The translations under genes and the position numbers were made by a program. Source: Planctomycetaceae bacterium (GTDB lineage: Bacteria > Planctomycetota > PLA2). Taken from it: a stretch of DNA of 64,000 bases. Shown piece by piece: positions 1 through 16,669 of this stretch. The notes beneath the pieces are model-generated. The model did no database searches. It saw only the letters and a program-made list of their open reading frames with translations, and was not told where the DNA came from. The DNA lies in NCBI GenBank assembly GCA_011525755.1, contig WYBS01000193.1:20962-84961 (forward strand), read 5' to 3'. Within the stretch, counting starts at the first letter, position 1, and each line of letters begins with the position of its first letter.

Positions 1-3513
<3,513 letters not shown>

Positions 3514-3524
3514 GGCCACCCCCC

Positions 3525-7205
<3,681 letters not shown>

Positions 7206-7334
7206 CGTGGGTCGGTCTCTCTTACGAGATGGCAAAGAACGGACCGGGTTCGCTGCGCCGGGTTTCTCGGTCCTCCTGGACCATCTTCACGGCGTCGGGA
7301 AACGGACGTAGGGGGGCGCGGGGGGAAGCGCCCA

Positions 7335-7748
7335 TCAGGCGAGTTCGACCGTCGCGCCGGACTCCTCGAGCTCCTTCTTGACCTTCTCCGCCTCCTCCTT
7401 CGGGATCCCCTGCTTCACCTTGCCGGGGGCGCCGTCGACGAGGTCCTTCGCCTCCTTGAGGCCGAGGCCCGTCACGGTGCGGACGACCTTGATCACCTGG
7501 ATCTTCTTGTCGCCCGCGGCCTTGAGGATGACGTCGAAGGAGGTCTTCTCCGCCTTCTCCTCCGCGGCCGGGGCGCCGCCGCCGCCGCCGCCGCCGACCA
7601 CGGCGACCGGCGCAGCCGCGCTGACGCCCCACCGCTCCTCCATCGCCTTGACGAGCTTCGCCGCCTTGGAAATGGGGAGCGCATTGAGCGACTCGAAGAT
7701 CTTCTCGAGCTCCGCATCGAGCTCGACCGTCTGGACGTTCTCGGACAT
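7335..7748 (-). CDS. rplL: 50S ribosomal protein L7/L12
   Basis: 137 aa with the typical Ala/Gly-rich hinge ([22 protein letters not shown]) and the C-terminal motif [24 protein letters not shown]. It lies downstream of rplJ. Confidence 0.95.
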   Translation of the reverse strand: MSENVQTVELDAELEKIFESLNALPISKAAKLVKAMEERWGVSAAAPVAVVGGGGGGGAPAAEEKAEKTSFDVILKAAGDKKIQVIKVVRTVTGLGLKEAKDLVDGAPGKVKQGIPKEEAEKVKKELEESGATVELA

Positions 7749-7788
7749 CGATTCCTCCGTGGGGAGTCCCGTCGGAACGGGAATCCTC

Positions 7789-8361
7789 CTAAGCTGTTCC
7801 TTCGGGTTTGGTTTCGGGGGGGGCCGCGGGGGCCGGGGCCTCCGCGGGCATCTTCTCGATCCGCGCGTTCAGGCAGCGGGCGAGACCCGCGGTGACGGCG
7901 TTGAGCGCCCCCGCGATCCCGCGCGCCGGCCCGAGCAGGGCGCCGCACATCATGGCCCTGAGCGTCTTCTTGTCGGGGCTCCTCGCGAGCAGCTCCACGC
8001 CGCTCTTGTCGAGGACCTGCCCCTCCACGAATCCGCCGCGGATCTCGATCTGCTTCTTCCTCGCGACCTCGACGAGCGTTTTCGCGACGGACCCCATGTC
8101 CGGCTCGTCGCCGGGAACCAGCGTGAGGCCGGTCGCCCGCTCGAAGAGGTCCGCGAGCGGCCGCCTCGCCTCGTCGAGGGCGTGGCCGGACGTGCGGTTG
8201 TGGATCACCCGGAGCCGCGCGCCCTTGGCGCGCAGCTTGCTCCGGAGATCGAACGTCGCCGCCGCGTCCATCGGGTTGAGGCCGATCACGAGGAGGTTCG
8301 GGGACCCCTCGAGGTCCCGCCTCAGCTCCTCGGCCATCATGCGCTTCAGTTCCTTCGGCAT
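7789..8361 (-). CDS. rplJ: 50S ribosomal protein L10
   Basis: 190-aa minus ORF between rplA and rplL. Its N-terminal region [62 protein letters not shown] looks like L10, and the conserved rplKAJL order supports it. Confidence 0.9.
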   Translation of the reverse strand: MPKELKRMMAEELRRDLEGSPNLLVIGLNPMDAAATFDLRSKLRAKGARLRVIHNRTSGHALDEARRPLADLFERATGLTLVPGDEPDMGSVAKTLVEVARKKQIEIRGGFVEGQVLDKSGVELLARSPDKKTLRAMMCGALLGPARGIAGALNAVTAGLARCLNARIEKMPAEAPAPAAPPETKPEGTA

Positions 8362-8370
8362 CGCCCCCTC

Positions 8371-9057
8371 CTACGCGACCTGCAGCGAGATCGAGGGACC
8401 CATGCTCGGCGACAGGTAGGCCCCGACGATGAAATTGCCCTTCGCGGTCGCCGGCCGGAGCGAGCGCACGTGGTCGATGAACGCGCTGATGTTCTCCTCG
8501 AGCTTCTTCGCCTCGAAGCTCTTCTTGCCGAGGATCACCTGCAGGTTCCCGCCCGCGTCGTTCCGGAACTCGATCTTGCCGGCCTTGAACTCCTTCACCG
8601 CCTGGGCCACGGCATCGACCACCGTGCCCGCCTTCGGAGTAGGCATCTTGCCCTGCGGGCCGAGCACCTTGCCGAGCTTGCCGACCACGCGCATCATCGA
8701 AGGGTGGGCGATCGCGACGTCGAAGTCCATCCACCCCTCGTTCGCGACCTTGTCGGCGAGGTCCTGTGCCCCGACGAAGTCCGCGCCCGCGGCCCTGGCC
8801 GCCTCGGCGTGCTCGCCGTCGGCGAACACGGCGACGCGGACCGTCTTGCCGATCCCGTGCGGCAGGCTGTACGCGCCGCGCACGATCTGGTCGGACTTCT
8901 TCGCGTCGATCCCGAGGCGCACGCAGAGCCGGACGCTCTCGTCGAACTTCGGGCCCGGCATCTTGCGAAGCACGTCCACCGCCTCGGCGACCGCGTACCG
9001 CTTGTCGGGGTCGACGAGCTTCGCCGCCTTCTCGTAGCGCTTGCTCCTTTTCCGCAT
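8371..9057 (-). CDS. rplA: 50S ribosomal protein L1
   Basis: 228 aa between rplK and rplJ. The ORF reads as an L1-family protein, with segments such as GKTVRVAVFA, KMPTPKAGTV and KAGKIEFRNDAGGNLQV. Confidence 0.93.
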   Translation of the reverse strand: MRKRSKRYEKAAKLVDPDKRYAVAEAVDVLRKMPGPKFDESVRLCVRLGIDAKKSDQIVRGAYSLPHGIGKTVRVAVFADGEHAEAARAAGADFVGAQDLADKVANEGWMDFDVAIAHPSMMRVVGKLGKVLGPQGKMPTPKAGTVVDAVAQAVKEFKAGKIEFRNDAGGNLQVILGKKSFEAKKLEENISAFIDHVRSLRPATAKGNFIVGAYLSPSMGPSISLQVA

Positions 9058-9118
9058 CCTCGCTCCTCCGTGGTCCGAACGTCCCCGAAGGGACTCCCAC
9101 GATTCCGCCTCCGTGAGG

Positions 9119-9544
9119 CTAGTCGCGCACCTCGATCCCGCACGAGCGGGCGGTGCCCATGATGATCCGCTCGGCCGCCTCGGTCGTCGACGCGCTCAGG
9201 TCCGCCTTCTTCATCTCCGCGATCTCGCGCACCTGCGCGCGCGTGACCGCGCCGACCATCGTGCGGCCCGGCTCCTTCGACGCGGTGTCGAGCCCCGCCG
9301 CCTTCTTCAGCAGCACGGCGGCCGGCGGGGACTTCGTGATGAACGTGAACGACCGGTCGTTGAAGACCGAGATCTCGACCGGAATGATCAGCCCGGGCGT
9401 GCCCGCCGTCGCGGCGTTGAACTGCTGGATGAACTGGCCGATGTTCACGCCGTGCTGGCCGAGCGCGGGACCGACCGGGGGTGCCGGGGTCGCCTGCCCG
9501 CCGGGGCACTGCAGCTTGACCTTCGCGACCATCTCCTTCGCCAT
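9119..9544 (-). CDS. rplK: 50S ribosomal protein L11
   Basis: 141 aa with the L11 N-terminal domain motif [19 protein letters not shown], followed by [17 protein letters not shown]. It lies directly downstream of nusG. Confidence 0.95.
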   Translation of the reverse strand: MAKEMVAKVKLQCPGGQATPAPPVGPALGQHGVNIGQFIQQFNAATAGTPGLIIPVEISVFNDRSFTFITKSPPAAVLLKKAAGLDTASKEPGRTMVGAVTRAQVREIAEMKKADLSASTTEAAERIIMGTARSCGIEVRD

Positions 9545-9545
9545 G

Positions 9546-10076
9546 TCAGATCCCCTCTACCTGCCAGTACCCGAGCTCGACCGAAGTCGGCCGGTTGAAG
9601 ACCGTGATGATGACCCGGACGGTGCCCTTCTTCGTGTCCACTTCGTCGACGACGCCGTCGTAGTTCTCGAAGGGGCCTTCCTTGATCTTGACCGCGTCGC
9701 CCTTCTGGTACCCGATCTTGATCTTGGGCTTCTCGGTCTCCTTCTCGACCTGGCCGATGAGCTTCTCGACCTCTTCCTGCGCCATGGGCTCGGGCTTGCC
9801 GTGGGCACCGATGAAGTCGCCGACTCCGGGCGTCTCGCGGATCAGGAACCACGTCGGCTCGTCCATCTCCATCTCGACGATGACGTAGCCCGGGTAGATC
9901 TTGCGCTTCATCGTGCGCTTGCGCCCGCCCTTGATCTCCGTGACGGTCTCGGTGGGCACGAGGATGCGCGGGACGCGCTCCTCGATCCCCTTGGCCTTGA
10001 CGCGCGCCTCGAGACCGCGGCGGACGCGGTCCTCCTGACCGCTCGCCACGCGAAGGACGAACCACTGCTTCGCCAT
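9546..10076 (-). CDS. nusG: Transcription termination/antitermination factor NusG
   Basis: The track ORF is artificially extended to 353 aa. The authentic NusG starts at [18 protein letters not shown] (ATG at 10076) and carries the NGN domain and a KOW motif ([23 protein letters not shown]). It sits between secE and rplK. Confidence 0.93.
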   Translation of the reverse strand: MAKQWFVLRVASGQEDRVRRGLEARVKAKGIEERVPRILVPTETVTEIKGGRKRTMKRKIYPGYVIVEMEMDEPTWFLIRETPGVGDFIGAHGKPEPMAQEEVEKLIGQVEKETEKPKIKIGYQKGDAVKIKEGPFENYDGVVDEVDTKKGTVRVIITVFNRPTSVELGYWQVEGI

Positions 10077-10078
10077 CG

Positions 10079-10504
10079 TCAGAAGATGAACCTCAGGAGA
10101 AGGTGGAGCGCCCCGTCGAACGCCGCCAGCGTGCCCGTAAGCACGACGGTCACGAAGACGACGACCCACATGGCGTTGAACGACTCCTGCCGGGTGGGCC
10201 AGGAGATCTTCTTCATCTCGAGCTCGGTCTCGACGAGCGTGGTGTTCATCGAGGGCCGCCGCATGGTCCAGCGCACGAAGAGGAGAAGGCCCACGCCGAG
10301 GACCATGCAGAGCAGCATCTTCCACGAGAGCGGCGCGGAGACGATCGGGAGACGACGGAACCACTCGCCCGGGACCAGCGCCCGGTCGTTGGGGCTCTGG
10401 ATCCAGGCGTACAGCTCCCTGCATCCCAGCGCGACAGCGAGGATCAGCACCGTCCAGGTGATGAGTCGGGTCAGAGTGCCCTGACCGGCCTTTTGCGGTT
10501 CCAT
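10079..10504 (-). CDS. secE: Preprotein translocase subunit SecE (longer form with extra N-terminal TM segments)
   Basis: It sits in the conserved position between tRNA-Trp and nusG and is hydrophobic with several TM helices. The track start at 10540 would overlap tRNA-Trp, so the internal ATG at 10504 (MEPQKAGQ...) is preferred. Confidence 0.75.
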   Translation of the reverse strand: MEPQKAGQGTLTRLITWTVLILAVALGCRELYAWIQSPNDRALVPGEWFRRLPIVSAPLSWKMLLCMVLGVGLLLFVRWTMRRPSMNTTLVETELEMKKISWPTRQESFNAMWVVVFVTVVLTGTLAAFDGALHLLLRFIF

Positions 10505-10510
10505 GACGAG

Positions 10511-10586
10511 TGGCACGGGCGGTAGGAATCGAACCCACAACCCCCTGATTTGGAATCAGGTGCTCTGCCAGTTGAGCTACGCCCGT
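10511..10586 (-). tRNA. tRNA-Trp (anticodon CCA)
   Basis: The reverse complement reads ACGGGCGTAGCTCAACTGGCAGAGCACCTGATTCCAAATCAGGGGGTTGTGGGTTCGATTCCTACCGCCCGTGCCA. It has a 7-bp acceptor stem, GTTCGATTC T-loop, CCA anticodon and encoded CCA tail, and sits at the classic tuf-tRNATrp-secE position. Confidence 0.93.
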
Positions 10587-10599
10587 GTGTGGATGCCCC

Positions 10600-11802
10600 T
10601 TATGCAATGACCTTGGTCACGACGCCGGCGCCGATCGTCTTGCCGCCCTCGCGGATCGCGAACCGGACGCCCTCCTCCATGGCGATCGGAGTGATGAGCT
10701 CGACATTCATGCGGACGTTGTCGCCGGGCATGCACATCTCCGCGCCCTGGAGCGTGACGTTGCCCGTCACGTCCGTGGTGCGGAAGTAGAACTGCGGGCG
10801 GTACCCGGCGAAGAACGGGCTGTGGCGGCCGCCCTCTTCCTTCGTCAGGATGTACACCTCGGCGTCGAACTTCGTGTGCGGCGTGATGGAGCCGGGCGCC
10901 GCGATGACCATGCCGCGCTCGATCTCGTCCTTCTCGATGCCGCGCAGGAGGAGGCCGACGTTGTCGCCCGCCTCGCCGCTGTCGAGGGTCTTGTTGAACA
11001 TCTCGACGCCCGTGACGACGGTCTCCTTGAGCTCCGTCCGGAGGCCGACGATCTGCACCTTCTCCTGCACCTTGACGATGCCGCGCTCGATGCGGCCCGT
11101 GGCCACCGTGCCGCGGCCCTTGATCGAGAACACGTCCTCGACCGACATGAGGAAGGGCTTGTCCTTCGCCCGGGTCGGCTGCGGGATGTAGGCGTCGACC
11201 GCGTCCATCAGGTCGTAGATGCACTTCGAGTCCGGGTTCTCGCGCCCCGGCTTGTCGGCCTTCAGGGCCTTCAAGGCCGAGCCGCGGACGACCGGGATCT
11301 TGTCGCCGGGGAACTCGTACTCGGTGAGGAGCTCGCGCACCTCCAGCTCGACGAGGTCGAGGAGCTCCGGGTCGTCGACGAGGTCGACCTTGTTCAGGAA
11401 CACCACCATCGCCGGGACGCCGACCTGGCGGGCGAGAAGGATGTGCTCGCGCGTCTGGGGCATCGGACCGTCGCCCGCGTCCACGACGAGGATCGCGCCG
11501 TCCATCTGCGCGGCGCCCGTGATCATGTTCTTCACGTAGTCCGCGTGGCCGGGGCAGTCGACGTGGGCGTAGTGCCGCTTGTCGGAGAGGTACTCGACGT
11601 GCGCGACGGAGATCGTGACGACCTTCGTCTCGTCGCGGACGGTGCCGCCCTTCGCGATCTCGTGATACGACTTGACCTTCGCATCGGATCCCGCGAGGGT
11701 CCGCACGATCGCGGCCGTCAACGTCGTCTTGCCGTGGTCGATGTGACCGATCGTGCCGATGTTGCAGTGGGGCTTGGTCCGCTGAAAGACTTCCTTGGCC
11801 AT
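10600..11802 (-). CDS. tuf: Elongation factor Tu
   Basis: [32 protein letters not shown] contains the G1 motif GHIDHGKT, followed by DCPGHADY and NKVDLVDD. The ATG at 11802 is preferred over the track start 11889, which is only a 29-aa extension. Confidence 0.96.
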   Translation of the reverse strand: MAKEVFQRTKPHCNIGTIGHIDHGKTTLTAAIVRTLAGSDAKVKSYHEIAKGGTVRDETKVVTISVAHVEYLSDKRHYAHVDCPGHADYVKNMITGAAQMDGAILVVDAGDGPMPQTREHILLARQVGVPAMVVFLNKVDLVDDPELLDLVELEVRELLTEYEFPGDKIPVVRGSALKALKADKPGRENPDSKCIYDLMDAVDAYIPQPTRAKDKPFLMSVEDVFSIKGRGTVATGRIERGIVKVQEKVQIVGLRTELKETVVTGVEMFNKTLDSGEAGDNVGLLLRGIEKDEIERGMVIAAPGSITPHTKFDAEVYILTKEEGGRHSPFFAGYRPQFYFRTTDVTGNVTLQGAEMCMPGDNVRMNVELITPIAMEEGVRFAIREGGKTIGAGVVTKVIA

Positions 11803-11844
11803 GTCCTTGTCTTCCTTCTCCCTCGCGGCGACGGGGAACGCTTG

Positions 11845-11919
11845 TGGAGCTGCCGACGGGGCTTGAACCCGTGACCTCCTCCTTACCAAGGAGGTGCTCT
11901 ACCGCTGAGCTACGGCAGC
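11845..11919 (-). tRNA. tRNA-Thr (anticodon GGU)
   Basis: The reverse complement reads GCTGCCGTAGCTCAGCGGTAGAGCACCTCCTTGGTAAGGAGGAGGTCACGGGTTCAAGCCCCGTCGGCAGCTCCA. It forms a cloverleaf with GGT in the anticodon loop and a GTTCAAGCC T-loop, and lies immediately upstream of tuf as in many bacteria. Confidence 0.9.
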
Positions 11920-11963
11920 ACGATCTTCGACTTGTGCGGGCTCCGGGCGCCCGAAAGAACTCC

Positions 11964-12037
<74 letters not shown>

Positions 12038-12195
12038 TCAATACTAGGGACGGGGTAGAGACCCCGGCCGTCCGACGAACTCGGTCGAAACGCGCATTCT
12101 AGGCCCCCTCCCCCGCCTGTCAAACTTGAGACGGCAACGCCCCCCGTTCCGGGCGGGAATTCCGCGGATCATGATATGCCTAGCGGGAGACAGCC

Positions 12196-13416
12196 ATGCG
12201 AACCCTGCCCCTCCTTCTCCTCCTCGCCGCCGCCGCGCCGGGGGAGGATGCCAAGCTCCTCGTCGCGCCGGAGATGGAGCTTCCCGACCTTGTTGAGGCG
12301 CTCCAGGCCGCCACCGGGGTGACCTACCTCTATCCGCCCGAAGACCTCGCCGGGAGGCGGGTCGATGGGCGCTACGACCTCACGATCCCCAAGGAGCGCA
12401 TGGGGGATGCGGCCGATTTCCTCGTCCGGCAGTGCGGGCTCTCCCTGTGGGCCCTCCCCACGGTCAAGGTGATCCTCCCGGGAAGCGCCAAGGGAACCCG
12501 GTTTTGGACCCCGGGCCTCGAGACCGGGATCGAGTTCGACCGGGGTCCCGGGAGCTGGCGCGGGGAGGCCGAGGCCCAGGGGAGCCTCTCCGCGAAGACG
12601 GTCGAGGCCCTCGTCGCCGAGGCCATGAAGGACCGCCCCGCCGCCCTCGACCTGCTCGCGGCCATGGCCCCCCGGACCCCCCCCGTTGCCGCCGCGGTGG
12701 CGAGGATGCTCGAGAGGCCCGCGCTCAGGTCCCGGGCCGCGGCGACGCTCGCGCGGTTCGGGTTCGCGGCGAAGCCCGTGCTCCCCGCGCTGCGGGAGGC
12801 CCTGAAGGCCGATCCGGATGCCTCGCTCCAGGACCTGGTGTGGGAGATCGAGGCCGCGCGCCACCCGGCGCTCCTCGATCCCGCGCTCGCGACCGGCACC
12901 GCGCCCAGCCGCTACGTCGTGCGGTTCGAGACGACCGCCGGCGAGTTCGAGGTCGAGGTCCTTCGCGACTGGGCGCCGCTCGCCGCCGACCGGTTCTGGA
13001 ACCTCGTGCGTATCGGCTACTTCGACGGCTGCCGCTTCTTCCGCGTGGTGCCGCGGTTCGTCGCGCAGTTCGGAAAGTCGGGGGATCCCGGGGTGAACAG
13101 GCTCTGGTGGAACGCGACGTTCAAGGACGAGCCGGTGAAGGAGGTGAACCGGCGCGGGTACCTCTCGTTCGCGAAGGGCGGAAAGGACTCGCGGTCGACG
13201 CAGGTCTTCGTGAACCTAAAGGACAATCGCGATCTCGACGGCCAGGGGTTCCCGGCCTTCGGGCGGGTCACGAAGGGCATGGAGGTCGTGGACGCGCTCT
13301 ACTCCGGCTACGGCGAGGAGCCCGACCAGGGGCAGCTCCACTTCAAGGGCGAGGAGTACCTCCGGCAGAACTTCCCGAAGCTCGACACGATCAAGGCGGC
13401 GACGATCGTCGAGTGA
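12196..13416 (+). CDS. Secreted fusion protein: N-terminal HEAT/ARM-like repeat region plus C-terminal cyclophilin-type peptidyl-prolyl cis-trans isomerase
   Basis: Signal peptide MRTLPLLLLLAAAAPGEDA; a mid-region of HEAT-like helices (ALDLLAAMAPRTPPVAAAVARMLERPALRSRAAATLARFG); and a C-terminal cyclophilin domain (FFRVVPRFVAQFGKSGDPG...FGRVTKGMEVVDAL). The GGGAGA Shine-Dalgarno lies 8 nt upstream of the ATG. Confidence 0.85.
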   Translation: MRTLPLLLLLAAAAPGEDAKLLVAPEMELPDLVEALQAATGVTYLYPPEDLAGRRVDGRYDLTIPKERMGDAADFLVRQCGLSLWALPTVKVILPGSAKGTRFWTPGLETGIEFDRGPGSWRGEAEAQGSLSAKTVEALVAEAMKDRPAALDLLAAMAPRTPPVAAAVARMLERPALRSRAAATLARFGFAAKPVLPALREALKADPDASLQDLVWEIEAARHPALLDPALATGTAPSRYVVRFETTAGEFEVEVLRDWAPLAADRFWNLVRIGYFDGCRFFRVVPRFVAQFGKSGDPGVNRLWWNATFKDEPVKEVNRRGYLSFAKGGKDSRSTQVFVNLKDNRDLDGQGFPAFGRVTKGMEVVDALYSGYGEEPDQGQLHFKGEEYLRQNFPKLDTIKAATIVE

Positions 13417-13543
13417 CGCGGAATGCCGCGCCGTACGTGTAGGGCGACGTCTCGTATCCCGTGCGCTCGAAGGGGGAGGCTCCGCGGAACCCCGCCGCCT
13501 CGAGGAGAGCCAGGAAGACCCTTCCCGGCACCGCGCCGAGGAT

Positions 13544-14113
13544 TCAGTCCGACCAGGCGCCGACGCGCCTCACGATCGCCTCGTCGACGTCGTCCTCGAG
13601 AAGGATGTCGGCGGCAAGGAGCGGCGCCCCCGGACGCAGCACGCGGGCGAGCTCCCCGAGCACGCGGGCCTTGTCCGGGCAGAGGTTAAGGACGCCGTTC
13701 GAAATGGCCATGTCGAAGGACGCGTCCGCGAAGGGCAGCCGCCCGGCGAGCGACCGCACGAAGCGGACCGCGCCGCAAGCGGCCCCGGCTGCGAACCGGA
13801 GCATCTCCCGCGTCATGTCCACGCCGGTGACGCGGGCGCCGCGCCGGGCGGCGAGGAGCGCATCCATGCCGGCGCCCGACCCGAGGTCGAGGACGCGTGC
13901 CCCCTCCGGGATCCTGCCCAGCGAGAGCGGGCACCCGACGCCGGCGAAGCGGTCCACCGCGGCGGGCGGCAGCGCGTCCAGCTCCTCCGGGTCGTAGCCG
14001 AGGGCGAGCGCGCTCGCCCGTCCGAGGGCGAAGCGCCGCTCGGCGCTCGGGTCCCGCGCGACGGCGCCGAACCTCGCGCGGACTTGGCGGAGGATCTCCT
14101 CGTGCTCGCTCAT
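13544..14113 (-). CDS. Class I SAM-dependent methyltransferase (ArsM/UbiE-like)
   Basis: Motif I VLDLGSGAGMD, post-I acidic residue, and motifs II/III (ASFDMAISNGVLNL, LRPGAPLL). The likely start is MSEHEEILR at 14113; the track start is 14152. Confidence 0.8.
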   Translation of the reverse strand: MSEHEEILRQVRARFGAVARDPSAERRFALGRASALALGYDPEELDALPPAAVDRFAGVGCPLSLGRIPEGARVLDLGSGAGMDALLAARRGARVTGVDMTREMLRFAAGAACGAVRFVRSLAGRLPFADASFDMAISNGVLNLCPDKARVLGELARVLRPGAPLLAADILLEDDVDEAIVRRVGAWSD

Positions 14114-14200
14114 GCGCTCCTCCCGGCCGCGGCGGCCACCGACCCACCGCATGCGGCCTCGGGCCTAGGGCCCGGAGCCGGCAGCCTACCCCTTTAGGCA

Positions 14201-14275
14201 TGGAGCCGGCGGTCGGATTCGAACCGACAACCCCCGGTTTACAAAACCGGAGCTCTGCCCTTGAGCTACGCCGGC
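14201..14275 (-). tRNA. tRNA-Thr (anticodon UGU)
   Basis: The reverse complement reads GCCGGCGTAGCTCAAGGGCAGAGCTCCGGTTTTGTAAACCGGGGGTTGTCGGTTCGAATCCGACCGCCGGCTCCA. Anticodon loop TTTGTAA (TGT), GTTCGAATC T-loop and encoded CCA. Confidence 0.88.
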
Positions 14276-14447
14276 GCAGGATGCCGCGATTCTAAGCCGC
14301 GCGGCGGACCCTGTCCGATCCGTGGCGCACGCACGTACGGAACGCGAGGTCCGCGCGCCACTCGAACCGGCCCGCCTCGACCGCCGCGCGCGGCGTTGCG
14401 GGGCGCCGGCAGTTCTAGGCGCGGTCCCGGCCGAAGCCTAGAATCCA

Positions 14448-16586
14448 GTGCTTAACCAGATGCGGACCGGTATCGAGTTCGGGCGGGGACGGATCTACGC
14501 CTCCGAGGCGTTCGTGAGGCTCGAGGGCCCCGGCCACCTCCTGCCCGCCGACGTCGGGCGCCAGGCAGCGTTCCTCGCCCGCAACGCCCAGGGGTGGGGA
14601 GAGCGGATCCGGCGGATCGCCTCGTTCGCGATCTCGGCCTCTTCGATGCCCTTCCTCGCGGCGATCCGGGACGACCTCGGCATCCGGGCGCTCTTCGCCT
14701 CGATGCGGGGCTACAGCCATGACCGCCTCGACTTCCTCGGCCAGGAGTACTTCGAGCGCTGGCTCCTGCCGCGCATCGACGCCGCCCGGGTCGAACGGCT
14801 GAAGGCCCGGATCGCATCCGGCGAGCGCGTGGTACTCGTGAGCGGCTGGCTGGACCACGTCGTCCGGCCCATCGCCCGCCACCTTGGCGTCGACCGGATC
14901 CTCTGCAACCGGCTCGAGTTCCGGGACGGCAGGGCGACGGGCCGGCTCCTCGACCCGATCATCCCCTCGCGGGGCCGCCACCTGCCCGAGGGCTCCGTCG
15001 TCCAGCCGACCGCGGGCGCCCTCCGGAAGAGCCCGACGATCGTCGTGTTCGAGGACGGCCGGATCCTCGCGCCCTTCTCGGTCCGGGAGACGCTCCGCGG
15101 CAGGCAGTTGCTCCTGATCGGCGTCACGGGCTTCATCGGGAAGGTCTGGCTCGCGAACGTGCTGAACGCGCTCCCCGAGATCGGGAAGGTCTTCTGCCTC
15201 GTGCGCAGGCGCGGGAACACGAGCGCGAAGGCGCGGTTCGAGCGGCTCCTCGCCGAGTCCCCCGTGCTCCGCACGATCCCGCAGGACGTCGTGACCCAGA
15301 AGATCGAGGTCGTCGAGGGCGACATGTGCGAACCGGGGCTCGGCCTCGACGCCGCCACGCGCGACCGCCTCCAGGCGTCGCTCGACGTGATCGTCAACTC
15401 GGGCGGGCTCACCGAGTTCATGCCCGACGTGCGCCTCTCGCTCGCGAGCAACGTGGACTCGACGATCCACGCGGTCGAGTTCCTGCGGGGCTGCGACCAC
15501 GCGTCGCTCCTCCACCTCTCGACCTGCTACGTCGCGGGCCGGCGTTCCGGCCGCATCCCCGAGCGCGCGGAGAAGGACCTCACCCCCGCGGGCACCAGGG
15601 GCTTCGACGTCGAGGACGAGCTGCGCGAGCTGCGCCTGCTCATCGCCGCGAAGGAGCGGGAGTCGGAGAAGCCGGACCTCTTCCCGAACATCCGCCCCCA
15701 CTCGGGCAAGCAGATGAGCGACGTCCAGATGCGGAAGGCGCGCGAGCGCTGGCTCCGCGCGGAGCTCACGCGCCTCGGCATGGAGCGCGCGAACCGCTTC
15801 GGCTGGACGAACACCTACACCTACACGAAGGGCCTCGCCGAGGCGCTGCTCTGCGCGCGCGGCGCCGACCTTCCGATCGCGATCGTGCGCCCGTCGATCG
15901 TCGAGAGCTCCGACAAGGATCCGTTCCGCGGCTGGAACGAGGGCGTGAACACGTCCACCCCGCTCACCTACCTGCTCGGGATGCCCTTCCGGCTGCTCCC
16001 GACGCGGCACGGGCTCCGCCTCGACGTCGTCCCCGTCGACCTCGTCACGCGCGGGATGAACCTCATCGCGGCGGCGCTCGTCCGCCGGACGCACCACCGC
16101 TGCTACCAGATCGCGACGTCGGTCCGGAACCCGCTCGGGATCGCGCAGTCGATCGAGCTCACCTGCCTCGCGCACCGCCGCTACTACCAGGGCCGCCCCG
16201 GGTTCGACGCATGGCTCCGCACCGAGTTCGAGGCGCTGCCGGTCTCGCGTTTCCGCTACCGCGCCTTCTCCGCGCCGGGCCAGCTGGCGGTCGTCCGGGC
16301 GCTGCGCCGCGTCCTCCCGCTCCTCGTGCTGAAGCGCGCGGAGCGAAACCTCGAGAAGGTCGGGAAGATCGTCGAGCTGTACGAGCCCTTCATCCACGAC
16401 AACGACTACGCGTTCGAGGCCGACAACATCGCGCTGCTCGATGCGGCGCTCGTGCCGGAGGAGCGGGAGGCGTTCGGCTGCGACGCCTCCGGGATCGACT
16501 GGCCGACGTACTGGATCGAGACGCACATCCCCGCGCTCCGGAAGTGGTCGTACCCGCTGATCGAGGGGCGCCCGATCGAGGGTTGA
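14448..16586 (+). CDS. Fusion protein: N-terminal HAD-like hydrolase-fold domain (degenerate, no clear DxD) plus alcohol-forming fatty acyl-CoA/ACP reductase (FAR, NAD_binding_4 / male-sterility family)
   Basis: 712 aa. The N-terminal ~200 aa resemble HAD-IB hydrolases (VVLVSGWLDHVVRPIARHLGVDRILCNRLE). The FAR domain has the Rossmann motif LLLIGVTGFIGKVWL, a YTYTK active-site YxxxK and a long C-terminal FAR_C-like region. It is the first gene of a tightly coupled operon. Confidence 0.8.
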   Translation: MLNQMRTGIEFGRGRIYASEAFVRLEGPGHLLPADVGRQAAFLARNAQGWGERIRRIASFAISASSMPFLAAIRDDLGIRALFASMRGYSHDRLDFLGQEYFERWLLPRIDAARVERLKARIASGERVVLVSGWLDHVVRPIARHLGVDRILCNRLEFRDGRATGRLLDPIIPSRGRHLPEGSVVQPTAGALRKSPTIVVFEDGRILAPFSVRETLRGRQLLLIGVTGFIGKVWLANVLNALPEIGKVFCLVRRRGNTSAKARFERLLAESPVLRTIPQDVVTQKIEVVEGDMCEPGLGLDAATRDRLQASLDVIVNSGGLTEFMPDVRLSLASNVDSTIHAVEFLRGCDHASLLHLSTCYVAGRRSGRIPERAEKDLTPAGTRGFDVEDELRELRLLIAAKERESEKPDLFPNIRPHSGKQMSDVQMRKARERWLRAELTRLGMERANRFGWTNTYTYTKGLAEALLCARGADLPIAIVRPSIVESSDKDPFRGWNEGVNTSTPLTYLLGMPFRLLPTRHGLRLDVVPVDLVTRGMNLIAAALVRRTHHRCYQIATSVRNPLGIAQSIELTCLAHRRYYQGRPGFDAWLRTEFEALPVSRFRYRAFSAPGQLAVVRALRRVLPLLVLKRAERNLEKVGKIVELYEPFIHDNDYAFEADNIALLDAALVPEEREAFGCDASGIDWPTYWIETHIPALRKWSYPLIEGRPIEG

Positions 16587-16669
16587 GATGCAGGCGGGCG
16601 ATCGGGGGAGGGCGGGGCCTTGGGTCATCCGATGATTCGGGGCCGGGCTGCGGGAGGGGGGGCCGTCCT

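Noticed and set aside
14448-16586. Calling the HAD-like/FAR fusion a pseudogene because the HAD motif I (DxD) is not visible
   Set aside because: The frame is intact for 712 aa with a complete FAR domain and good coupling to downstream genes. Loss of HAD catalytic residues is more consistent with a non-catalytic domain than with gene decay.
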